From positions 263,619-297,489 of the forward strand of contig NW_008246069.1 in assembly GCF_000281045.1 (NCBI RefSeq): a stretch of DNA of 33,871 bases. Direction: 5' to 3'. The stretch is from Saprolegnia diclina VS20 (lineage: Eukaryota). Every line of letters begins with the position of its first letter. The first letter of the stretch is position 1. Both the position numbers and the translations under genes were made by a program. Shown one piece after another: positions 1 to 10,179 of the stretch. Below the pieces are notes generated by a model. It saw only the letters and a list, made by a program, of their open reading frames with translations, made no database searches and was not told where the DNA came from.

Positions 1-24
1 GTCGCCAGCGTTCGGTCTGCGTAC

Positions 25-322
25 CTCGCCGTCGTCATCACCATCGTCCGAGTCCGAGTCAAAGTCGCTCGCGGGGTATCGGCAGAGCTCGTCGACGAGC
101 AGCCTACAGAAGTCGTCAAGGTCGCAGCGGGAGGGCGAGACGTACGCCTTCTCGGCCTGCGCCACAGCGATCCGGGCCTTGGTCATGGCATAGCGCCGGG
201 CGAGCTCCACGTGGTCCTGCGTCGGCTTGAGCCATCGACCTTCATGCCCCGCATCGTCCACGTACCTGCTCGAGGGCCGCGTAGAGCCGCTGGAGCGTCG
301 CAAGCTCGCCGCTGCTGGCCAT
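25..322 (-). CDS. Partial (3' end outside window) small helical/acidic protein, weakly like the INO80E/TFPT N-terminal coiled coil
   Basis: ATG at 322. Exons 322-266, 216-146 and 103-25 are joined by GTAC...YAG introns (49 and 42 nt), and a further donor lies at 24. Translation: MASSGELATLQRLYAALEQDHVELARRYAMTKARIAVAQAEKALLVDELCRYPASDFDSDSDDGDDDGE. CCAAT boxes lie just upstream (341, 369). Confidence 0.75.
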
Positions 323-1431
323 GCTTTTTGTTGCGGCCAGCCAATCAGCATCCGCGCTCGATTTCTAGCCAATCCGGTGCGATGCGAACGTCAAGTGCGC
401 GCACTTCAAAATGTATCTTGCCAACCAAATGACCAGCGCCGATGGCATTCGTTTACTCCGGCGCTCTTATCGATGCAAGCTCACACATAGTCGCCATATT
501 ACGCGGCGCATTCGTCCTTCTCGCTTACTTGGCCGTCATGCTCTGGCGACTCTGAAGCAGCTCCGACGTCCGCCTACGTGCCACGTCAAAACGCTGCATC
601 TCCGAGCCGCCATACCTCCGCATGGCTTCTTGCCGAGAGAGACGACCGGACGACGCTTCCGAGAAGCGGGGCGGACCCGCGGCCAGGAAGCTATTGTGGC
701 GCGACAAGGACGCAATCCGGTTCACACTAATTGCATCGTCACTTGATACAAACTTGATAGAAAACGGCGGGTACCCATGCGAGCTCTGACGCTCGCGATG
801 CGTCACAGTCATGGTCAATGCCCATGACAAGGGCATTGCTTCCAGGCGCTGGCGTCTCACTACACGACACTTCTAGCATGCAGGAGCTACGAAGCTCAAC
901 CATTCGCTCCATCCGCTATACCGGTATCCGCCGTGGGGAGGACAATTTTCCAGTGTCTCGCATTCTTGCCACCGCCATTGCAAGCTGACCGAGAAGGTGT
1001 CGTAGTGCGTCGAGGCTTGCTAGGGGGTTGCGGTGCGTGGGCTTGGAGAGGCCGGAGCATTGGCAGCTTCGTCAACTGTCCTCTTTAACAGCGTCTTGAA
1101 GCCGGGCATTCGTCTACTGCCTCGCTACTGCCCGCAAACATTGGCCACGGTGGCAATATCTTAGCTCCTTGCAGGTGCAGGACGTCGCAGGCGCCAGCGA
1201 TGGTGGACATCAACTTCCCGATCACTGGTTGCGTGCGTGTCGAGCGACGGCTGGAATTGTGACGAGCCGCAAGATGCACCTAATGGACGGCTCAGCTGCC
1301 CGCGAAGAAAGCTGCTGGGGCATGCAAGGCGTGCTATCGATGGTCCTCTCGATGTCGTCCAACCTCTGATCAATAGATACAAGGAAATATCAAGTTGACA
1401 CAAGACGATTGTACGTTGAGCCTGCGGCTGC

Positions 1432-2147
1432 TTACTTTTGCGGCGGGAAGGCCTTGAGCTGCTTCTTGAGGCGCGCCTTCTCCGACTTGAAGACCTGAAG
1501 CATCTCGCGCTCTTCGTCCGTGGGCTTGGCGCGGTTGGCCTTGAGTTCGGCGAAGAAGCTCGCTTCCTGTTCACGCGCCTCGTCCAGAGCCTTAAGGATC
1601 GACTCGCGGTTCACGGTGGGTTCCGCGGCCGCGACGGGCACGTCTTCAGTTGCCACGACCGGCTCGTCGTCAATGACCGATTGCCTAGGTCCAAGAACCA
1701 TCGACATATGGCTCATCAGGACAACGAGCTTGCGTACTTCTTTGTCGACGTGATGGCCGTCGAACCGCTGGGGACGCCCTGGCTGGCGCGCCACACCTCA
1801 TACTCTTCGAGCGTCATGCTCTTGCCCTGCGGCTCCTGGATGGGCAGGAACTGCTTGATGGCGTGCGGAAGGACATCCGGGTCACGGTAGACATAGGCAA
1901 CGCCACTACATTAAGCCATGATGAGTGCCAATCTCAAAGCACATCAAGGCCGCGTACCCGATGACGCCGGCCATGCCGAGGATCTGGAAGAAGGACGAGT
2001 TGTCGGCCGCGCTAGCACCCGGCGGCGGGGACGTCGAGAAGGCGCGCTTCAAGGGCTGCTACATAGTACCATGTTCCATGAGCCCTCGATGTCATGCGGC
2101 CAAGAGGCTCGTACGCGGGCGAGGCGAACGGCGCGGGCAAGCGACAT
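1432..2147 (-). CDS. Hypothetical 184-aa protein, probably mitochondrial and single-pass (presequence, short TM segment, C-terminal helical region)
   Basis: Exons 2147-2115, 2058-1958, 1905-1738 and 1684-1432 total 555 nt in frame with canonical introns. N-terminus MSLARAVRLARQPLKRAFST is Arg-rich and lacks acidic residues. It is followed by FFQILGMAGVIGGVAYVY. Confidence 0.8.
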
Positions 2148-2906
2148 GGCTGGGAGGTCGATGGCAAAATGCGCTCTGTGGACAAGCGGTGAGAAAGACA
2201 TGCATTCCTTTTATCCGGCGCAACCGGATGAAAACACGGTGTGGCTGATAATTTCCCGTCTTTTGTGACCACAATTACCGAGAAAGGCGCCGCGCGACAA
2301 CACGCACTGGCCGACCACGAGGCTGTGGGCCAACGCCAAACAAAAGGCGGTTGTATCTCTCGTAATACAACGTAAGGCGAGGCCACGCGCCTGCTTGGAC
2401 GCCGCAGGCGCCGATACAAAATACCGTCTTTCCTGGAAAAGACGGGAAATTGAACAATTTCGCAGAGGCATCGAAGTGCTTCGTCAACGACTGGGATCGG
2501 TTGCTTCAACATTGCGCTGTGCTCGTCGTCATTCTTGTTCTGCGTTGGACCAGAATGCGACGTCTGAAATCTGGCATCCACCAGACGACGACCAGAAAAT
2601 ATAATAAAATGTGGCGACGTGCGTACCTTCTCTCTGCTGGACCGACCAAGAGACCCGCGTATCTGTCCGGATACGCCGCCGGGTTGTTCTTCAACCGAAC
2701 GACGCAGCGACCTTAAAGCGAGGGAGTTGGAGCGGTGCCAAGCACAGGACCTCAAAGAAGTGTCCTTGGATCGCGCCGTTGTCGGTTGCGTGCAGGGCCG
2801 TGCGTATCCGGATACAGTCAGAATACTTCATTTCCATACAACCCAAAACTTCCACCGCGGCCAAGGTAGACGCATCATGACCTTGCGTCGGCTCATGGAT
2901 GGCTAG

Positions 2907-3643
<737 letters not shown>

Positions 3644-3913
3644 GTTATCCTCGCGGGCCGATTTTGCTCGTCGTGGCGTAGATGATCAAACTATCGATGG
3701 ATTCGTCGTCGCTCCCTTCTCTTCTCCTCCTCCTCCTTGTAATACATGTGATCTCTTCTTGCATGCATGCAGCTGCATGCCCCTCGCGGCCTCCCCAGGA
3801 CCATGGCGAACGGTCCTCCTGCGACTTTGCGGTTGACGTTTCGGCTGGCCGCGATCTTTGACGTCGTCGAATTTTAATGGTTAATTCGTCCCAACCCCGC
3901 TCGCTAGAACACT

Positions 3914-3995
3914 ATCCAATCACGTCTCGGATCAGATGAATTATGGCCAATCCAATGCCGCTGTGGTGGCAAGCGGCCATCTATTTAACCAATCA
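3914..3995 (+). promoter_or_regulatory. Cluster of CCAAT boxes upstream of the TVP15-like gene
   Basis: CCAAT at about 3916, 3947, 3952 and 3989, upstream of the Inr-like GCTCATTTTCGCAC at 4068. Similar clusters lie upstream of BDP1 (ATTGG at about 12728, 12748, 12775) and the first gene. Confidence 0.55.
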
Positions 3996-4105
3996 ACGAC
4001 GCGAGCGGTGGATCTTGGCGATAAAAATAGAGTTCGTACGTTGGGCCGGCGACTTGGGAAATCTCCAGCTCATTTTCGCACTCGAGCGACTACGGTACCA
4101 GCAAC

Positions 4106-5042
4106 ATGAGCAACCCGTTCGAGGACCCGTCGGTGAAGGCCGCGTCCTACGAGCCCGCGTCCTCGGTAGCGTCATGGAGGATGACCAGCCCGAGGCGACA
4201 GCATCTCTGTGCGATAGGTCCCGATGGCAACACCCGTCGTCCCTGCCTCGCCGGCGAGAGGCTCGATTCCGCCGACGAGCCTGCCACCGACAAATCAAGT
4301 CGCTGTTCCCATTGCAGGCTCGCCGGCGCCCCATGAGAACCTCATGGAAGAAATGGGCTCCTCGTACGTCGTCGGCGTCGATGCTATCACTCATTCGCTT
4401 CTGCGTAGGATCAAGAAGACCAACTCGTCGACCATCTTGCGGGTGATGCAGCTCGGCAACGTGGTCCTCGCGGCTGGAACGATCACGGCCGGTGTCATGT
4501 CATGGATCGCGGGCCACGTCACGGATTTCCAGACCTTTATCGCGAGCACGTACATCATGTACGGTCCTTCCATGTGCATGCGCTTGAGTCTCATGCCTGA
4601 CTAGTCTCTTTGGCTTTCTCTTGCTCGGGTTTGAGCTGCGCACGGACCGCTTGGACGAGATCATGCGTCACAACTTTGGCTTTATGTATGGCTACAAGAC
4701 GCGCACGATCTTCCTGCTCTTGTAAGCGCATGTTCCTCGACGGGCAGCTCATCGTCCTGTAGCATTGCCATTTGGCCGCTCTCGATGGGCGGGTACTGGC
4801 TCACGATCCTCGACGCGGTCTTGCTCTTCCTCAACGCCTTCTTCAACTTCTTCGTCGTCTACCACGTACGTTGTCCATCTCACTCTGCATCTTGAGCCAA
4901 CGACTATTAATACATGCTGTATCAGCACCCGGCGTTTTCGGGCGACGCGCCACCCGAGTACCAACCCACGACGCTGCCCAAGCTCCCGTTCCGCCCCGGC
5001 TCGCCGACCGCGGTCGTGCAGCCCAGCAACAACGTCGTCTAG
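4106..5042 (+). CDS. COPI-associated / Golgi membrane protein, TVP15-like
   Basis: Exons 4106-4165, 4218-4363, 4409-4558, 4605-4721, 4763-4865 and 4926-5042 (693 nt in frame). Several TM helices and the family-like segment YIILFGFLLLGFEL...NFGFMYGYKTRTIFLLF, with HPAF near the C-terminus. Confidence 0.85.
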
Positions 5043-5119
5043 GAGATCAAAACAAGGTGACGACGCTAGCAATATAAACAATCTATATTTCCCTTGCTTC
5101 CTTCGACGCGACCCATCGC

Positions 5120-6505
5120 TTAGATGATGAGTTCGTCGCCGTTGGTGTGGAAGAAAGCCGAGACAACGACGAAGAAGGTGACGCTCCACGCGAGCGATCG
5201 CCGCTGGGGCGTGAACGTCGAGCCGACGGCCGCGGTCGCGCGCTCGTAGAGCGACTTGGGTTTGGGCGGCGCGCGCTGGATGCTCAGCTTGTTCTTCATC
5301 GTCGCCGCGCTCGAGCCCAACGCGGCCTTCTGGCTCGCCTTGAGGCGCTCGTAGCGGATGCGCGCGCTCGAGAGCTCCTGGTCGCACATGCGGATCTCAA
5401 TGTCCATCTCGTTCTTCTCCTTCGAGAGCGCGATCGCCTTCTGGGCAAGCGCCTCAATCTCCGAGAGGACAAACGACGCATGGACGTGGACGCGGGCCGA
5501 CGTGTCTTCGGCGACGACTTCTTCGACGACCGCGACGGCTTCGACGACGACGTCGGCAGCAGCCTCGTGGGTTTCTTCCGAAGGCGACGCTTCCTCGTCG
5601 GCGACGTCGTCAGCGGCAACGGCAGCATCCTCGGTGGCTTCAACAACAACAGCGGCTTCTTCCGCAACGACTTCCTCTGAGGCCGCCTGGACATTGGCTT
5701 CCTGCTCGCCGGCAGCGGCTTCTTCAACCACTTCTTCGTTCGTGGTTTCCTTCTCCGTGGTCTCGCCAGCTTCGGTCGCAGCCTCCTCAGCAACTTCGAC
5801 CTCAGCGACCTCTTCCGTGGCCTCGGCGTCCGTCGTGTCAACCTTGTCCGACGACGGCTCGCCAGCTTCCGTGACATGCTCGTCCTCCGAGGTAGCTTCC
5901 ACCGTCGCCTCGGCGGTCGCAGGTTCCTCGGCAGCAACCTCTTCGGCGTCTTCGGCGTCTTCGGTCACTTCGGTCTCTTCGACAACAGCGGGCGCCTCGA
6001 GGGCAGCGACAACTTCGTCGACGAGGTGGAACCACTTCTTCATGTCGTCGCGGAACAAGGCTGCGATCGGGAACGTGATGACCTTGATGGGCTCCTTTTC
6101 TTCGTCGTCTTCGCCGACCGTGATGTGCACGATCGCCTCGCGGGACTGAATGCCATCAAAGACAAACGTGGCCGGGAACTCGCCGGTCCATGCAACCTGG
6201 TTCTTGACTTCGTCCGCGGTCTCATCGAGCTCCTCAAAGTCCGGGATCGACTCGGGCTCGACGTGGACCTTGATGAAGGCGTTCTCGACCGTCTCGCCGG
6301 CCACCTCGTGGAGCGAGAGGTGCAGAGTGCCCACGGTCTTGGCGAGGCTCTCGCCGTTGTTCTCCGAGTAGGCCGCCTGGATCTCGCGCAGCGTCTGCTG
6401 CATCTTGAGCTCGATCTCCTTGCAGCGGTTGACCTTCTCGTTCATGCGCTGGCGCGCGAGGAGGTACTCATGCGACGCGTCTTGGAAGGCCTTGTCCGAG
6501 TTCAT
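5120..6505 (-). CDS. Intronless 461-aa protein: coiled coil, C2-like domain with a large acidic insert, coiled coil, C-terminal TM anchor
   Basis: Long ORF with strong codon bias from ATG 6505 (MNSDKAF), and an Inr-like CCATTCATCGTTTTT just upstream. C2-like strands GTLHLSL..., AFIKVHV, VAW...FVF, KWFHL. C-terminal hydrophobic segment LAWSVTFFVVVSAFF. Confidence 0.8.
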   Translation of the reverse strand: MNSDKAFQDASHEYLLARQRMNEKVNRCKEIELKMQQTLREIQAAYSENNGESLAKTVGTLHLSLHEVAGETVENAFIKVHVEPESIPDFEELDETADEVKNQVAWTGEFPATFVFDGIQSREAIVHITVGEDDEEKEPIKVITFPIAALFRDDMKKWFHLVDEVVAALEAPAVVEETEVTEDAEDAEEVAAEEPATAEATVEATSEDEHVTEAGEPSSDKVDTTDAEATEEVAEVEVAEEAATEAGETTEKETTNEEVVEEAAAGEQEANVQAASEEVVAEEAAVVVEATEDAAVAADDVADEEASPSEETHEAAADVVVEAVAVVEEVVAEDTSARVHVHASFVLSEIEALAQKAIALSKEKNEMDIEIRMCDQELSSARIRYERLKASQKAALGSSAATMKNKLSIQRAPPKPKSLYERATAAVGSTFTPQRRSLAWSVTFFVVVSAFFHTNGDELII

Positions 6506-7138
6506 CGTGACGACTTTGAAAAACGATGAATGGCGACTACACAGCTTTGCGTTATCTTGAACTTTGTATACTGTCGCCCCCGGTATCCGGATGACACACG
6601 TGCTAAAAACACCCACTTTTCCCCGAAGTCGTGCACGTTCGATGCCACGCCACGCATTCAATCGCCGCGACCCAAACGCAAGCGCGTCCACCTCTGCACA
6701 TCATCAGTACCTTGCTATGACCTCGGCGATCGCTCTGTATAGGCTGCCGATACTGATCGACCACCCTCCGATTTGTCTCCCGACGCTCGCCAAAAGGTTG
6801 CGTGCAGCTAGTGTCGGGAAGATCGCAATATGTTCCCGAAGCCGTCACGTGGCAGAGGCGAGAAGATCGTCGGCACGAGCAGAGCGTATTAACAACTTTG
6901 TCCGAGGGTGCATTGCCCATGCGCTTGTCTCCCGCGTCGTCGCTATGGCAACGTCCCAGTCGCAAGCTCGCGGGATTTGAGGCTATTGAGAGGAAGGATA
7001 TGGACGACCATCATCCACGTCGGAAATAAAATACGGTCGATATGGGTTTTTCTATGCAATGATATTCGATGCGCGCAAAATCGTGGATCGAGCGACGTGG
7101 CATTTTCCATTTGCCCTCGCGTCGCCCCAGTTCCAAGC

Positions 7139-7813
7139 ATGGACGCAGCGTTCAACTGGCCGCCGCTCGAGAGCAACCCAGAGGTCTTCACCAAGTACCT
7201 CCTTGCGCTCGGTCTGCCCGGCGACTGGTTTGTGAGCGAAGTCTTTGGGCTCGACGAGGACTGCCTCGGCTTTGTCCCGCGGCCGGTCGCCGCCGTCATT
7301 GTGACGTTCGAGTCGCTCAAGAAGCTCGAGACCGACGCGCCGGAAGCAGTGACCGACTACTACATGAAGCAGACGCCCAAGCTCGACTACGCCTGCGGCG
7401 TCATCGCGTGCATCCACGCCGTGCTCAACAATCTCGACAAGCTGCAGCTGGTCGAACACTCGATTTTGGCCAAGTTTTACGACGCGACCAAGGCGCAGAC
7501 ACCGGCGGACCGCGCGCTCACGCTCGAGACGATGCGCGAGTTCCAAGAAGTTCACAAAGCGCACGCGAACGAAGGCCAGACGGACCAGGCGGCCAACGGC
7601 GACGACGTCAAGCACCACTTTATCGCGTTTGTCCGCAACAGCCGCGGGCAATTGGTCGAGCTCGATGGGATGAAGAAGAGTGCGCTGGTCGTCGACGACG
7701 CGTGCAGCGACCTCCTTCTCGGGGCCGCCAATGTTCTCCAGGCCCGCGTCGCCGAGGGCTACTACAGCGAGAGCCTCGCGGTGCTCACGCTGAGCAAGGT
7801 CCCGCTCGACTAG
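7139..7813 (+). CDS. Ubiquitin C-terminal hydrolase (peptidase C12, UCH-L3/YUH1-like), 224 aa
   Basis: Motifs WPPLESNPEVF, Q...ACG (catalytic Cys), HHFIAF (His) and ELDG (Asp). The initiator-like GGCATTTTCCATTTGC at 7099 supports a start at 7139. Confidence 0.93.
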   Translation: MDAAFNWPPLESNPEVFTKYLLALGLPGDWFVSEVFGLDEDCLGFVPRPVAAVIVTFESLKKLETDAPEAVTDYYMKQTPKLDYACGVIACIHAVLNNLDKLQLVEHSILAKFYDATKAQTPADRALTLETMREFQEVHKAHANEGQTDQAANGDDVKHHFIAFVRNSRGQLVELDGMKKSALVVDDACSDLLLGAANVLQARVAEGYYSESLAVLTLSKVPLD

Positions 7814-8512
7814 TAATGTCAATGGCTCATTTCTAAATACCATTGGTATCGTGCAACTCTGGGCACACCCTCGTACACGGCAACAAATGCTACTCATGTG
7901 GGGGGTGCGCACTCGCGGGCTCAGCTTCACCCAAGCACTAGCAACGCCCAGAGAACAAGACATCTCCAGAGCACTGTCTATATCATTCTCGCCAAATAGA
8001 ATAAAAGTGATTCCCTAGTTTCTCCCAATCTGCGAGAAATTGCGGGCCGTCAATGATCTGCCGTGCAGTCGAACAGGTAAGCCATGCCTAGGACCGCTAA
8101 AACTACTGACCCTTGGCCGTGCGATTTTCAATTGAAGGACGCTTCAAGGAGCCAACTACCGATACGCAACGCATCCTCTTGGCAAGAGGATGGCCATGAC
8201 GTTGTCTTGCGTCTAGAGGCGCTTGGAATGCGGGTTGACCACGCGCGCTTGCATCAGCAACATTCGTGGTGGCCCTGTCGCTCTGGGCGTATCGCCACGG
8301 CGAGCTTCGGCTTTGCCATTCAGAGGTGAAATAAGATGTGGTTGGCAGCGCTTGTTGTGGCGCGTTCGTGGCGGTTGCGCTGGGGCCTTTTGGTGGCGAT
8401 CTTGGCGGCGGTCGATGATTGGTCAAAATCCTCGGCCACTCAAAACCAATATTTCCGTATCCGGCAGCATTATCCGAAACGGTCCATCCAATCACTCTGC
8501 CTTTTGGACAAG

Positions 8513-9359
8513 ATGACAACGATGGAGGTGGCCGACGAGGTCAAGACGCTCGTGGAGACGACGGAGACGCTGGAGCTCGTCACCGTCGATGGCGCCAATG
8601 ACGCCAAGCTCGTGCGCGTCAAGTGCTCGGCGACGGGCCACGAGATGCCGCCGCGTGTCGACGTCATCACCGCGCACCTCAACTCCAAGCGCTACATGAA
8701 GGCGACCGAGTGGTATAGCTTTGACTTTGCGCAGTACGAGCCGTACATTGTGAGCCACCGGCGCAAGCCCAAGTGCCTCTACTGCAACGTGACGGGCCTC
8801 GTCCTCAACAAGATCCCGTCCGAGATCGAAAAGCACATGAAGGGCAAGAAGTTCCTCCGCCTCAAGGAAGACGTCAAGTTCTTGGACGACGCCGAAGCCG
8901 ACAAGGGCGATGTACGTTGTGCATCTCGCTTGCATTGCGTTTGCTCATGCGACGTGTAGGACGACTTTGACGCCAACAAGTTTGAGTTTTTCAACCGCCA
9001 AATCGTCGACTCGGACGCTGACGACGACGACGACGAGGGAGCTTCGAAGAAGCGCAAGGCCGCGGACGAAGGCATTGGTGAAGAGTTTTACGAAGGCCTG
9101 CCGCCCGTCAGCGACGACGAGGAAGACAACGACGAGGATGATGATGACGATGACAATGAGGAGGAGAAAGTAACCAAGATCGCCACAAAGCCGTCGATCA
9201 AGGCCAAGGCATCGGCTGCCAAGCCCGCTGCCAAGGGCTTCCAAAAGGTCACGAGCAAGCCCGCGCCCAAGAAAGTATCAATAAATCTTCCTTGGGCGAT
9301 CACGGTCTCATGTCATGACGCTTATGTAGGCCGCCCCTGCCAAGCGCCAGAAGAAGTAA
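8513..9359 (+). CDS. SURF2: Surfeit locus protein 2 (SURF2)-like
   Basis: Motifs RVKCSATGHEMP...HLNSKRY and LYCNVTGLVLNKIPSEIEKHMKGKKF, then acidic and Lys-rich tails. Exons 8513-8911, 8960-9274 and 9330-9359. Confidence 0.88.
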
Positions 9360-9596
9360 AAGTAAAAAACCTAGTAATAAGAACTGAGCTCCTAATCTAC
9401 TGCGCTACGTGCACGCACGTTTTAATGTCGTGGCGTCCGAGCGGCCACGCAGAAGGCACGCGACGATCCTGGCTTGGAAATAACGCATCCCATCGGCGGT
9501 AAACCGTTTAACTTCACGCGGTTGCGTATAACGCATTGCATTTTACGTGGGTTTGACGCCACCACAACGCCAAACTCGACGCCATCCGATACCAGT

Positions 9597-9938
9597 ATGA
9601 CGGACATTCGAGCCGAGCCGTGCTTCCGGTCGGCGCTCTTGTGGGGCATTGCGACAGGCGCCGGCATCGGCTTCCACCGCTTCCGCATCACCAAGCAGGT
9701 CAAGACGGCCTGCGACTACGCGCTCTACTCGTTCGTTGGCGTCGCCGGCGCGTCGTGGTGCGTCACCCACATTGCACTTGGTCGATCCTCACGCTATCGT
9801 AGGGTCGTGTGCCGCGCCGCGCAGGCCGAGAAGCTCAAGCAGCAGCAGCGCATCCTCGACACGATGAACCTTCCGGAAGAGAAGCGCCCGACGCAGTACT
9901 TTCGGTCCGAAGTCGTGCCTGAGGCCAAAGAGCAATAA
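9597..9938 (+). CDS. COX20: Cytochrome c oxidase assembly factor COX20-like
   Basis: PCFRSALLWGIATGAGIG...ACDYALYSFVGVAGASWVVCR matches the two-TM COX20 pattern. Intron 9758-9802. Confidence 0.85.
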   Translation: MTDIRAEPCFRSALLWGIATGAGIGFHRFRITKQVKTACDYALYSFVGVAGASWCVTHIALGRSSRYRRVVCRAAQAEKLKQQQRILDTMNLPEEKRPTQYFRSEVVPEAKEQ

Positions 9939-10179
9939 GAACACGCTTGCTCTTCCTACATCTGTAGCTTGTCGCCTCGTTGCTACACGTTCGCACCACG
10001 CCCTACTCGTCAGCTAGCACGCGCTGTCTCAATCTATGGGTCCGACGTTGCGTGTGGCGACTCGCCTGGTCGGTAAATCGGCGATTCTCGATGGTCCTTG
10101 CATTTTGCCACGTAGGCTCCATCACGCTGTACAAGTTGCGGCATACCAGCGTCATGCAGGATTCTCGGTTCATTACATG

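Noticed and set aside
2269..2604. Open frame containing WKRREIEQFRRGIE, resembling the first helix of a SANT/Myb domain
   Set aside because: No ATG, no remaining Myb helices and poor codon bias; it lies in a promoter region.
6908..7138. N-terminal extensions in the ORF track for UCH, SURF2, COX20 and the C2-like gene
   Set aside because: They use non-ATG starts or run through promoter elements; Inr motifs support the downstream ATGs.
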